Assembly (NCBI GenBank): GCA_964016885.1
Contig: OZ024743.1
Span: 287,246,001 to 287,310,000, forward strand
DNA length: 64,000 nt
Direction of reading: 5' to 3'
DNA from: Eledone cirrhosa
Taxonomy: Eukaryota
The translations under genes and the position numbers were made by a program. The notes beneath the pieces are model-generated. The model was not told where the DNA came from, ran no database searches, and saw nothing but the letters and a program-made list of their open reading frames with translations. Positions 25,971 to 38,329 of this stretch are shown here, in pieces; within the stretch, counting starts at the first letter, position 1; each line of letters opens with the position of its first letter.

Positions 25971-26733
25971 AAACAAAGCAAAGCATAAACGAACTGAGAG
26001 AGAAACTAGGCATAAGAGGAATCAGATGTAGTGTGCAGGAGAGGAGATTGCGTTGGTATGGACATGTGATGCATATGAAGGATGAGAGCTGTATAAAAAG
26101 GTGCAGAGCGCTCAAAGTCGATGGAAGCCTTGGAGTGGGGATACACAGGAAAACTTGAGATGAGGTGATAAAAGCTGACATTGTCCAATTGCACCTCTTA
26201 AAGACAATGACATGAGACTGAGATCTCTGATGTTATGCAGTAATACAGAAGACCCACTTTCCTATATGCTCAAGCTGAAGCTGAAGCATATATATAGTAT
26301 GCACTACCCTACCCCACCACACATCTCACATGAGGACAGGCTGAAGCATACATCTAGTGAAGCCTCTAGCCCACACTATAAAGTGGTCGTGATGGTGACA
26401 TGGCAAAAAGCACCCAGCCCACACTATGAAGTGGTCGTGTAGGTGTCACAACCAAAAGCAGCCAGTCCACACTGTAAAGTGATCATGTAGGTGTCACAAC
26501 CAAAAGCACCCAGTCCACACTATAAAGTGGTCATGTAGGTGTCACGACAAAAAGCACCCAGTACTCACTTTAAATGTGGTTGGTGTTAGGAAGGGCACCC
26601 AGTTGTAGAAACCAAGCCAAAATCAGTTCTGTATGAGCAAGACATGGTCACTTGATCTGGCATTTCTCACAACAGGACAATTTGTCTAACCCATGCTAGT
26701 GTGCAAAAATCAATGTTAAACGGTGATGATGAT
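25970..26733 (+). mobile_element. RTE 3' end + linker + 48-bp VNTR (4-5 units) + (GAT)n tail composite
   Basis: RTE C-terminus (ERRLRWYGHVMHMKDESCIKRC), repeats 26365-26575, tail CTAACCCATGCTAG..(GAT)n. Confidence 0.85.
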
Positions 26734-26892
26734 AATATATAGTTTTGATATAGATGAGATTCTAGAGGACTAGAACTGTTTCATTCTTTAGAAATCATCA
26801 GGAATCTGGCTTTCCAAAATAAATGTTTTGGTATTTATATCTTTTCAGGTGGTAGGAGAGGGTGAGGAGTGGGATATATGTATATACGTGTA

Positions 26893-26957
<65 letters not shown>

Positions 26958-26966
26958 ATATGTATG

Positions 26967-27071
<105 letters not shown>

Positions 27072-27073
27072 AT

Positions 27074-28278
27074 GTCATCCTCATCATCTTCGTTTAACGT
27101 CCATTTTCCACGCTAGCATGGGTTAGATGGGAGTTGTCCCACTTGAAGCAAGGCTGGTCGGATGACCGTGTCTCGCTCATATAGGACTATCTGGCAGGTT
27201 TTCTATGGCTGGATGCCCTTCCTAAGACCAACCACATTTACAGTGTGGAACTGGGAACTTTTTACCGTGTTACCTACACGACCACATTACAGCGTGGACT
27301 GTGTGTGTTTTTTTTGTCGTGACACCTACACGATCTCGATCTCATTTTCTCGTGCTGTTGGTGGGAGTGGGAGGATAGGGTAGGGGTAGTGGATTGGGGT
27401 GTATATTTGGTTAAGAGGTGCCTACTGACTGTAGGTTTCGCTTTGTACATAGGCAAGGCGGGTCTTCTGTATTACTGCGTAGTGCCAAAGATCTCGGTCC
27501 AGAGACATTGTCTTAGAGAGGTGTAAGTGTGTAAGGTCAGAATTTATCAGATCATCCCAGGTTTTTCTGGGTCTACCTACTCCGTAACTACCATCAATTT
27601 TGATCGCCCTGCACTTTTTTATGCAGCTGTCGTCTTTCATGCGCATCCTGTGACCATACCAACGTAGTCTTCTCTCAAGTAAACAGCATCTGATCCCTCT
27701 TATTCCTAATTTCTCACTTAGTTCATTTATGCTTTGCCGTTCACGTATATTACTATTACACATCCAACGGAGCATGCATACTTCGTTCCTTTCCAGTCTA
27801 CGCAGGTCCTCTGCACGTAATGCTCACTGCCATGTAGCATTGTTGTTCGTATACAAGCATCATACAATCTGCCTTTCATTTTTAGAGAGAACCCTTTTGT
27901 GGCCAACAGCGGTATAAGCTCTCTGAACTTTTTCCATTCTGTTCTGACTTTGGCTACTGTCATTTCAGAACACCCTCCACCACTGCTGATTTCGTCACCC
28001 AGGTAACGGAAAGTGTCTACTATTTCTATAGAACCATCTGGGCAATAGAAGAAGCTAGTATCCTGTGGGCACTTGCTACTTATTGTACCTGAGCATTGGC
28101 CACATATAAAGTCTACATTCTTAGATAGTTTACCTGTAATCCCACTACATCTTTTATGTACCCATAGTTTGCATTTTGGACATAAAATGGAATTTCTGCT
28201 TACTCCTTTCATACACACTGAGCATAGCCATTTCCCTGAGGGCACCTGTGACATATTTTCCTTTCTACAAACTAGAAC
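27074..28278 (-). mobile_element. 5'-truncated RTE (PHD family) composite
   Basis: ORFs 27727-28254 (CSVC..CPKC..VHKRC..CGQC; FRYLGD) and 27422-27775 (GRPRKTW), then linker, motif and tail. Confidence 0.9.
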
Positions 28279-28295
28279 ATATATATATATATATA

Positions 28296-30957
28296 TGGAT
28301 GGTGCTGATTCTTGGGTGTTTCTATTTCGTGAGATCTTTCACAATTTGAAAGGCCCTTTTGTTGTTGAGATATCCTGTGACTTTTCCCCAAGACATCATT
28401 TGCTTACCATGTTGAACTTAGCTGTCATTGCTTCAACACCCTCTTCAAGTGCAAACAGAGCTGCAAATTTTCCAACAACAGTTATTGGAAGGATTCAGCA
28501 ATGGTGGGGTCCTTCAGCCTGTCCAAGTTGAAATTCAGACTGCTGCACCTGGAAAAGTTCTTGTTTTGGCCTGCTGATTCCAGATCGAAACCAGTTCTTC
28601 ACCATAATGTAGTCTATCTGGTGGTGTGTACCATAGGGGCAGTGTCAAGTCCAGTGCCATGATGCTTTATGCTTACCAAGGGTGTTAGCAAGCACGATGT
28701 CATTACAACTGGCAAATTCAAGCAGGCAAAGTAGTTCTCACCAGTCTTTCACCACATCCTCACCCACTTTGGCATTCCAATCTCCCTGTACAAGAAGGAT
28801 ATCTTTCCTATCAACCTTGTCAATGGCGTTCTGAAGTTCTATGTATAACTCCTCCACCTGTTCGTCTTCATAGTCAGATGTTGGTGTATAGGCCTGTACT
28901 ACTGTGATGTTAAATGGTGCCATTCAAAGGTGGATGCTGATAAGTCTGCGGGATACTGAGCAGCATTCAAGAACAGCGTTTTTTATGCTCTTGTTAACAA
29001 GAAAAACCATGCCTTGTACATGTTTGTCAGGTTCTCCATTGAAGTAGAGTGTATGACCTTCATTAGTAAGGTGTTCAACAGAATGTTTCCATCTGACTTC
29101 ACAGAGTCCCACATTGTGCCAGTTGTATCTCCTCATTTCATGGGTGAGTTCCTGCAGTTTGCCATGTTGGGAAAGTGTTCTCACATTCCAAGTGGCAATT
29201 ATGAGGTTCTCCCTCATGCGGATCCTTTTCGATACATTTCCAGTTGTATATTTAGCACCTCCGCCCTGGTGTACGACGGATGGCATGGTCCTTGTTAGCT
29301 CGGGCGACGACCGAGCCAGTATTGTTATTGGTGATTCCCAAGACAAGCAGGGAAAGTGCCTCACGGAGGAAAACGACATTGCCAAGAGATGAACAGAATA
29401 CTGCTCAAAGCTGTACAGCCATCAGACCCATGGAGACCCCAGGGTACTTATCAGTCAAGAAGTGTCAAACAGGGATGACTTCCCTGTCCTGTGTGAAGAA
29501 GTGGAGGCAGCAATTAAATCACTGAAAGCTGGAGAAACAGCTGGTACAGACAACATTCCAACAGAACTGATAATGCATGGAGGAGAGGCTGTGACTGAAG
29601 TTCTTACCAAAATCTGTTACAAGATCTGGCAGACTGGAGAGTGGCCATCACCGTGGATTCAGTCACTCATTATCACACTCCTCAAGAAAGACAATCTACA
29701 ACACTGCCAAAATTATAGAACCACCAGCCTTGTCAGCCACACAAGCAAAGTGATGATTAAAGTTATTCTGAAGAGACTTAAGTCACAGGCTGAGGAAATC
29801 ATTGTAGAGGAGCAGCAGAGAGCAAATTTTTAATTTGAGAGTTTTGTGAGAAGTATAGCCAACACCAACGGGATCTGTCCCAAGCGTTTGTTGACTTCAA
29901 GAAAGCCTTTGACAGGGTATGGCACGATACATTGTGGGCGACCATGAAGAAATATAACATGGGCCAAAAGATCATCCACATGATACAGCAGCTGTGTGTG
30001 AAAGCCTCAAGCGTGGTACTGGTCCAAGGCATGATGGGGGATTGGTTCCACACGTCAGTAGAAGTCCGGCAGGGCTGTCTCCTCTCCCTGACACTGTTCA
30101 ACATCTTCCTTGAACGAATCATGACGGTCGCCCTAGAGGGCAATCCTGGCTCAGTGTAAGACAAACTGTCAGAAACCTCAGGTTCACTGATGACATTGAT
30201 GGCTTAGCTGGTAGTGAAGAAGAACTCTCTGAGCTGGGGAACCACCTGGATATAACCTCTACTAGATACGACATGGAGATCAGTGCTGAGAAAACCAAGC
30301 TGATGACAAACTCCTCAAAGCCAATAAAAAGAAAGATCACAGTCAATGATCAAGAGCTGAAGACTGTAACACAGTTCAAAGTACCTTGGTGCCATCAACA
30401 GTGATGAGGGATCAAAGCCAGAGGTCCTTGCACTAACAGCCACAGCACTTGCTAAACTGAAACCACTCTGGAGAGATAAAAACATCACTCTCAAATACAA
30501 AATAAAATTACTGTGTGTGTTGGTCATGTTCATTTTCCTATACGCATGTGAGTCATGGACCCTAACTGTGGAAATGTAAAGGAAGATCCAAGCAGGATTG
30601 ATGAGATGCTTTTGGAGAATCCTGGGAATCTCCTGAACGAGGAAGTCTGAAAAGAATTACCCAGCATGTGAGCGACTTTGAAGATCTGCTGCCCATGGTG
30701 AAGAGGAGGAAGCTGAGGTGGTATGGACATGTAACAAGATAAGACTCGCAACGATGATTCTCCAGGGAACAGTGTGGGGGAAGAGAAATTGAGGCAGACA
30801 GAGGAAGTGGTGGACTGATAACATAGCTGAGTGGACAGGAAAGAACTTTTCCACAATACTGGCCCATGACTGTCAGAGATGGAAGCAGTTGGTGCAATGT
30901 TCAACAGTACAGTGCCCCAACAACCCTGTAAAGGGTTAGGAGACCATGACGATGATC

Positions 30958-30958
<1 letters not shown>
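28296..30958 (+). mobile_element. RTE (BovB-like) LINE with 5' inversion
   Basis: APE on the minus strand 28296-29336 (TWNVRTL, LCEVRW, QGDWNAKVG); RT on the plus strand 29337-30958 (FVDFKKAFD, VRQGCLLS, FTDD); (TA)n on both sides. Confidence 0.9.
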
Positions 30959-31015
<57 letters not shown>

Positions 31016-31175
31016 AATTCGGGACCCTGACAGGTGAGCTCCTGCTCAGATCTAGCTGTTGAAACGACAGGAGCTCAGCCGTTGGGGTCCTAAATTTTTC
31101 ATATTACCCACTCAACTACCCCAAGTATCGTGTACTCTGGTGAGAAATGGTCTAACTGGATTTTACCACCTCTAT

Positions 31176-31231
<56 letters not shown>

Positions 31232-31233
<2 letters not shown>

Positions 31234-32047
31234 TCATCATCATCATCCTTTTACATTCGGTTTTCTCTGCTTGCAAGGGTGGGACGGGTCCTATTCAGCA
31301 CAGCATCTCTCCACTTGTCCTTTATACACATCACATGACCATACCAACGCAATCTCCTCTCTAGTAAACTACATCTGATCCCACTTATGTGTAATTGCTC
31401 ACTTAGTTTGTTTACGCTTTGCCATTCGTGCATATTACAATTACACATCCATCGGAGCATGCATGCTTCATTCCTTTCCAATCTGCGCAGGCCTCTGCAC
31501 ACAATGCCCAGGTCTCACTACCATATAACATTGCTGTTTGTATACAAGAATCATACAATCTGCCTTTCATTTTTAGAGAGAAACCTTTTGTGGCCAACTG
31601 CAGAATTAGCTCTCTGAACTTTTCCATCCGGTTCTTACTCTGGCTACTACACTTTCAGAACACCACTGCTGATTTTGTCACCCAGGTAACAGAAAGTGTC
31701 TACTATTTCTATAGAACCATCTGGGTAGTTGAAGGAGATAGCATTCAGTGGGTCCTTGCTACCTACTGCACCTGAGCATCGGCCACATATAAAACCTACA
31801 TTCTTTGATAGCTTACCTGCGATCCCACTACATCTTTCATGTACCCATAGTTTGGAACATAGAAATTCTACCTACTCCTTTCCTACACACTGAGCAAAGC
31901 CATTTCCCAGAGGGCACCGGTGCCCTATTTTCCTTTCTACATACTACAGCTTTAGTCTTAAACAAGTTAACTTTAAGGCCTTTGATTCTAGGCCAAGCTT
32001 CCAGCTTCAGAATTTTTTCTTTAGTTCTGCCATAGATTCAGCTACAT
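31232..32047 (-). mobile_element. 5'-truncated, internally deleted RTE (PHD family) with canonical (GAT)n tail
   Basis: ORFs 31412-31627 and 31251-31502; 3' end WRDAVLNRTRPTLASR matches 62370-62450. Confidence 0.85.
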
Positions 32048-32054
32048 ATATATA

Positions 32055-32497
32055 TTACTCTATTATGTGTTCCAGCCAGGAGGCTGAGGCCAAGCTGGGA
32101 CACTTCTACCAATGCTACACTTTCTATAGCCAGCCTTCCCTGGTTGGCCATTGATGCAAAAGAGAGTTTGTTGCTGTTGGTCTTGTTGTGCTTTGCCTGG
32201 TGTTGTGGGTTCATCCGGGATCTTGGTCAGTAGATTATCAAGATGTCTCTTGAAAACATCCACATGCACACCATGTAAATCTCTCAGATATTTTGGCAGC
32301 ATATTAAGTAGCTGGGGTCCCTTGAACCCCAGGCTATTGCAATATGCAGTCCCCATTCTTGATGCGACGGATGGGACTTTTGGCACTACACACAGTGGCA
32401 TCCTGTTCATGGGCTGGTCCTGCCTTCAATGCCAAAGTTTGGTGCTAACCCTTCCAGGATCTTCCATATGTATATCACTGCATATTTCTCCTGCATC
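32055..32497 (-). mobile_element. CR1-group LINE 3' fragment
   Basis: YAVIYIWKILEG and NSLGFKGPQLLNMLPKYLRDL..VDVFKRHLDNLLTKIPDEP are CR1-type ORF2 C-terminal motifs. Confidence 0.75.
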
Positions 32498-32499
32498 CA

Positions 32500-33760
32500 C
32501 TCCGAATCTATAGCTGAACTAGAGATGAAATTCCAGAACCGGTAACAAGACTTAGAATCTAAAGGTCTTAAAGTCAACCTGGCAAAGACTAAAGTCCCAG
32601 TAAGTAGAAGGGGAAGATCTCATCTGGGAAATTGCCCTGCTTAGTGTGCAAAAAAGGAGTAGGTAGAAATTCCATTCAATGTACCAAATGCAAGCAATGG
32701 ATATACAAGAGATGTAGTGGGATCTCAGGCAGGCTAACAAAGAATGTAGGTTTTACTTGTGGCCAGTGCACAGGGGCAGTGAGTAGCAAGAACCCTCAGG
32801 ATACAATCGCCTTCAAATGATCAGAGCGTTCGGTAGAAGTGGTAGATAGTTTGTTACCTGGGTGACCAAATCAGTAGTTGGGAGGGTGTTCTGAAAGCAC
32901 AGTAACCAGAGTGAGATCAGGTTGGGAACTACTACCGTTACTAACTACAGAAGGTTTTTCTCTCAAAATGAAAGGCAGACTGTATGATACATGTATATGA
33001 ACAGCAATGTTACACAGCAGCAAGATCTGGGCACTGTGTGCTGAGGACCTGCGAAGATTGGAAAGGAATGAAACCTCCATGCTTCACTGGATGTGCAATA
33101 TACGTGAACAGTAAAGTATAAATGTACTGTGTCAAAAATTAGGCATAAGAGGGATCAGTTGTTGTGTGTAAGAGAGGAGATTGCATTCATTTGGACATGT
33201 GATGCGTATGAAGGATGACAGCTGTATAAAAAGGTGCAGTGCACTCAAAGTTGATGGTAGCCGTGGAGTGGGCAGGCCTAGGAAGACTTGGGATGATGTA
33301 ATAAAAGCTGACCTTGCACAATTACACCTCTCAAATGCAATGACACAGCACCGTGACCTCTGGCGCAATGCAATTTTACAGAAGACCCACCTCTATTATT
33401 CTCAAGCTGAGGCTTATACCTAGTAGGCAACACCTTCTTCAATCTTCTCCCCTCTCATTCACCTCCCTTTGTGGTAATCATCCCTCTCCACACCTTCCCC
33501 AAGTCCTCCCTCCTCCCAGGTCCCAAAACAAAAGTGCCCAGTCGACACTCTAATGTGGTCATGTAGGTGACACGACAAAAAGCACCCAGCACAGACTGTA
33601 AATGTGGTTGGCGTTAGGAAAAGCATCCAGCCCAGAAAAACCATCCAGAAACAGTCCTATATGAGTGAGACATGGTCACCTGACCCAACTTATCTTTAAA
33701 TGGGACAAACCTGTCTAACCCATGCTAGCGTGGAAGATAGAAGTTAAACAATGATGATGA

Positions 33761-33763
<3 letters not shown>
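32500..33763 (+). mobile_element. 5'-truncated RTE (PHD family) composite with linker, motif and (GAT)n tail
   Basis: ORFs 32632-32820 (CLVC..CTKC..KRC..CGQC) and 33181-33423. Confidence 0.85.
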
Positions 33764-33798
<35 letters not shown>

Positions 33799-33869
33799 AA
33801 TCTAGGTCTAGCAAATAGAGAAAAAGTTTTAAAATAAATTTTTTAAAATTCGCTGTACTTACTATATGT

Positions 33870-33951
33870 GCCTTTACCGCGGTTTCATGCTCCAGAATAA
33901 ACGGAAAATCCAAGCGGATTTCCATTGAGAAGGGAGCAATCTTCAGAAGGC
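33870..33951 (-). ncRNA. Type I hammerhead ribozyme
   Basis: GCCUU-CUGAAGA-U UGCUCC..GGAGCA U-GAAA-CCGCGG-UA-AAGGC: 5-bp stem I, intact core, 6-bp stem II with internal hairpin, palindrome ACCGCGGU, GUA site. Confidence 0.85.
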
Positions 33952-34357
33952 TTTTCTCCCTCGGAGAATATAAAATTCCCGAGTTCAAATTACAAACTGA
34001 CGCCATACAAAACCATTCCCAAAGGAGAGCGGATGATGAAAGAAATAATTCTGTCTGGTGCCGTGTGCAAAGACAAAAAGGCAGGGTGGACTGGTCAATG
34101 TACTGACACTAGAAAAAGCAGCAGTCCAAACGGCCAAAATTTTATCTCTACCTTAGGGGAGGATCAATAATAATAAAGTATGAATTCCTACGTGTAAAAA
34201 ATACATATAGGGAAACAAATATTATCCAACCGTATGTCAATGTGGTTCTATGGCAGGTTAATAAATTAACAAGCTAGAACAAATAAAATCGAGGTCTAGC
34301 AAATAGAGAAAAAGTTTTAAAATAAATTTTAAAAAATTTGCTGTACTTACTATATGT

Positions 34358-34439
34358 GCCTTTACAGTGGTTTCATGCTCCAGAATAAACGGAAAATCCA
34401 AGCGGATTTCCATTGAAAAGGGAGCAATCTTCAGAAGGC
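34358..34439 (-). ncRNA. Type I hammerhead ribozyme (second copy, stem III palindrome decayed)
   Basis: As 33870-33951 but stem III reads ACCACUGU. Confidence 0.75.
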
Positions 34440-34582
34440 TCTTCTCCCTCAGAGAATATAAAATTCCCGAGTTCAAATCACAAACTGACGCCATACAAAA
34501 CCATTCCCAAATGAGAGCGGATGATGAATGAAATAATTCTGTCTGGTGCCGTGGATATATATATATATATATGTGCCTCCAT

Positions 34583-34654
<72 letters not shown>

Positions 34655-34660
<6 letters not shown>

Positions 34661-34956
34661 CAATCGAAAGGTTGTGAGTTCAATTCTCAGGCCGGGTGAT
34701 GTGTTGTTTCCTTGAGCAAGACACTTTATTTCACATTGCTCCAGTTTACGCAGCTGTAGAAATGAGATGATAGGGACTGGGGTCCATATCATTCCACTGC
34801 AAAGTGGTCGTGGAGGTGCCACGGCAAAAAAGCACCCAGCACTCACTGTAAATGAGGTTGGTGTTAGGAAGGGCATCCAGCTGTAGAAATCAAGCCAAAA
34901 TCAGTTCCCGTCCCACCCTTGCAAGGGAAAAAGCGGACGTGAAATGAAATGAAATG

Positions 34957-34960
<4 letters not shown>
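34655..34960 (+). mobile_element. Tripartite SINE (tRNA/CORE-like/RTE-derived)
   Basis: Homologous to 20993-21385; (GAAAT)n tail. Confidence 0.8.
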
Positions 34961-34993
<33 letters not shown>

Positions 34994-35176
34994 ATGTGTG
35001 TGGACACAAACCTGTATGCTAAATTCCTCGCTGTAGTCATTGTTAACCCTAACTTTGCTGACTGAGGAGAGGGCTTTTCAAACATTGTATACATACAAAA
35101 ATGTTACAGTCTGATATTATCCTTGCAATTTGAAGTTGGAACTTCAGAAGTGTTAAGGTTTTGAGAAGCAAGAGAG

Positions 35177-35293
<117 letters not shown>

Positions 35294-35319
35294 CTATAAC
35301 CTGTGTTAGTCCAAGTCTT

Positions 35320-38152
35320 TTGGAACATTTTATAACAACACAGACTAGTCCTGAATAAAACAATAGCTACAATTATATTCACTTACGCACCCCAATCTGG
35401 GTCGCCAGACGAACTTAAGGATAGCTTTTACGAGTCCCTAATGCACACTACTGCCATAACAAACGGCAATGACTAACTAATCATTGCAGGAGACTTTAAC
35501 AAACACATTGGGAAACATGGTGACGGCTTCTATAGAGTCCATGGAAGCTACGAGTTTGGCACAAGAAATGAAGAAGGCTTTAGGCTTCTAGAATTCTGTG
35601 ATGCCAATGACATGTCAATATGTAAGACAAACTTAAGAAAAACCGACAACCACCTGATCACCTATAGATCAGGGGAGCATTCTAGTCAGATTTTATCCTT
35701 ATCAGAGGACAAGATAGATGGACGGTTGTAAACACAAGGTAACCTGGAGAAGAAAGATCTGGAAGCTGGATGACCCCTCAGCCAGCAACAAATATAAAGA
35801 TATCTTTCTTGATGCCTATGACAGTAAAGAAGAACAGATAGAGACATTCAATATAGAATAGCACTGGGAGTTCCTAAAAAATAACTTACTAAAGGTGACA
35901 GACGAGGTTTGTGGCTGGAGCAAGACTACAGGGTGAAGGAGAGTGACTTTGTGGTGGAACAATAAGGTAGATGAGGCAGTTAAGGCCAAGAGACAGGCAT
36001 AGAATGAATGGAAGAACAGGGAAAGCAAGGTATATTACATAGAGACTAGGTGGGAACCTAGACGACAAGTATACTTAGCTAGAAGGGAAGCAGAGAATAA
36101 AAAATTCAAGCCTGTTTTGCAGCATGAGCACCAGAAACAGGAGGTATTCAGGATTGTGAAGCAGTGTGTGAGAGAAAATTATGAGGTTATTGGTGAGAAG
36201 TGTGTCTTGGGTGATAAGGATGCGCTTGCCCTCACAAGTGCTGAGAAGGATTCTGCTTGGAAGAGCCATTATGAAAGATTACTGTATGAGGAGAATGCAT
36301 GGGAAGAGACCCTACCCCAACTGGGAAAGCAACTGGTCCATCGGGTATAGCTGCCTGGGTCGGTAGGTCACACCATAACTACACGTATTGTAAACCAAGT
36401 AATACTAGATGTCAACTGCTACAAGGGTAAAGGAGATGCACTAGATAGAGGAAAGTATAGAGGTATAAAGCTGATGGATCAGGTCATGAAAGTAACAGAA
36501 AGAGTTATAGCACAGCTGATTAGGGTCTAGGTAAAACTAGATGAGATGTAGTTTAGGTTTGTGCCAGGCAAAAGTACCACTGATGCTTTCTTCCTTGTGA
36601 GGCAGTTACAGGAAAAGTACCTAGCTAAAAGTAAGCCACTCTACCTGGCATTTGTCGATCTTAAAAAATCCCATGCTATAATTTGGTGGGCTATTAGAAA
36701 ACTAGGTGTGGATAAGTGGCTTGTGAAGGCTGTACAAGCCATATATAGGGGAGCAGTCAGCAAAGTTAGGGTTAACAATGACTATAGCGAGGAATTTAGC
36801 ATACAGGTTTGTGTCCAGCAGGGCTCTGTTTATTATCGTATTGCAGGTTATATTAGAGCAGTTTCAGACCAGATGCCCATGGGAACTTCTGTACGTGGAT
36901 GATCTTACATTTATAGCTGAATCTATGGTGGAACTAGAGAAGAAATTCCAAACATGGAAGCTGTGCCTAGAAAGAAGGGGGTCTCAAAGTCAACTTGACA
37001 AAGACTGAGGTCCTCATAAGTAGAAGAGAAAACAGAACCCATATCCACCCAGGGAAATGTCCTTGCTCAGTACGTAGGAAAGGTGTAGGTAGAAATTCAA
37101 TCCTCTGCCCCAAATGCAAACTATGGGTACACAAGAGATGTAATGGGATCTCAGGAAATTTAGTTAAGAATATAGGCTTTAGATGTAGCAGCACACCAGA
37201 ACACTAAGCAGCAAACGACCACAGCAAACAAGTGCTACCAAATTCTGGGAGGATCTGTAGAAACAGTAGACAGCTCTGCTACCTAGGTGACCAAATTAGC
37301 AGCGGAGGTGGGTGTTATGAAAGTACAGTAACCTGAGTAAGAACAAGATGGAAGAAGTTGAGGGAGCTACTACGACTGCTAGCTACAAAAGGTTTTTCTC
37401 TCAAAATGAAAGGCAGACTGTATGATGCATGTATACAAACAGCAATGTTGTATGGTAGTGAGACCTGGGTGCTGTGTACAGAAGACTTGCGTAGATTAGA
37501 AAGAAATGGAGCTTGCATGCTCCGATGGATGTGTAATAGTAATATACGTGAACGGCAAAAAATAAATGAATTGAGAGGAATCAAATGCTGTGTGCAGGAG
37601 AGGAGATTACACTGGTATGGACATGTGATGCATATAAAGGATGACAGTTGCATAAAAAAAGGTGCAGAGCGCTCAGAGTCGATGGAAGCCTTGGAGTGGG
37701 GAGACCCAAGAAGACATGGGATGAGGTGATAAAAGCTGATCTTGCCCAATTGCACCTCTTAAAAGCGATGACACAGGACCGAGATCTCTGGCGTTACGCA
37801 ATAATACAGAAGACCCGACTTCCCACAGGTACAAGCCGAAGCTGAAACATATAGACAGTATGCCCCTACCCCCTCCACTGTAAAGTGGTCGTGTAGGTGT
37901 CACAACAAAAAAATCCCCCAGTCCACCCTGTAAAGTGGTCGTGTAGGCACCACGGTAACAAACACCCAGTACTCACTGTAAATGAGGTTGGCACTAGAAA
38001 GGGCATCCAGCTGTAGAAACCAAGGAAAAATCAGTTCTGTATGAGCAAGACACGGTCACCTGACCTGGCATTGCCCACAACAGGACAACTCGTCTAACCC
38101 ATGCAAGCATGAAAGAATGGACATAAAACAGTGATAATGATGATGATGATGA
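35320..38152 (+). mobile_element. Decayed long RTE (PHD family) copy with composite 3' end
   Basis: APE remnant (IAGDFN), RT (LAFVDL, CPWELLYVDD), PHD, C-terminus to ~37825, then linker, 2-3 motif copies and (GAT)n. Confidence 0.9.
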
Positions 38153-38250
38153 CAGTGACTGAGATCCTTATTTATACACTAAATTTGTGAACATTTTATG
38201 ACAATACAATGGCTGTGGTCCTTGTTTATAAACCATCTTTGTGGAAGCAG

Positions 38251-38285
38251 CAGACATGTTTTGATCTTATTAGATCTTCTCAGTG
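38251..38285 (-). ncRNA. Degenerate minimal hammerhead motif
   Basis: CA-CUGAGAA-GAUC UAAUAA GAUC-AAAA-CAUG-UC-UG; palindrome ACAUGU; core substitutions. Confidence 0.5.
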
Positions 38286-38329
38286 AAGTATATTTAATTT
38301 ATATATTGAGACTGTGAGACTGAAGGTGA

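Larger units (their letters stand above)
33797..34552 (-). mobile_element. Non-coding retrozyme-like element: ~260-bp direct repeats 488 bp apart, each with a hammerhead ribozyme
   Basis: Repeats ~33800-34064 and ~34290-34552; (TA)n on both sides; no RT/EN coding remnant seen. Confidence 0.75.
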
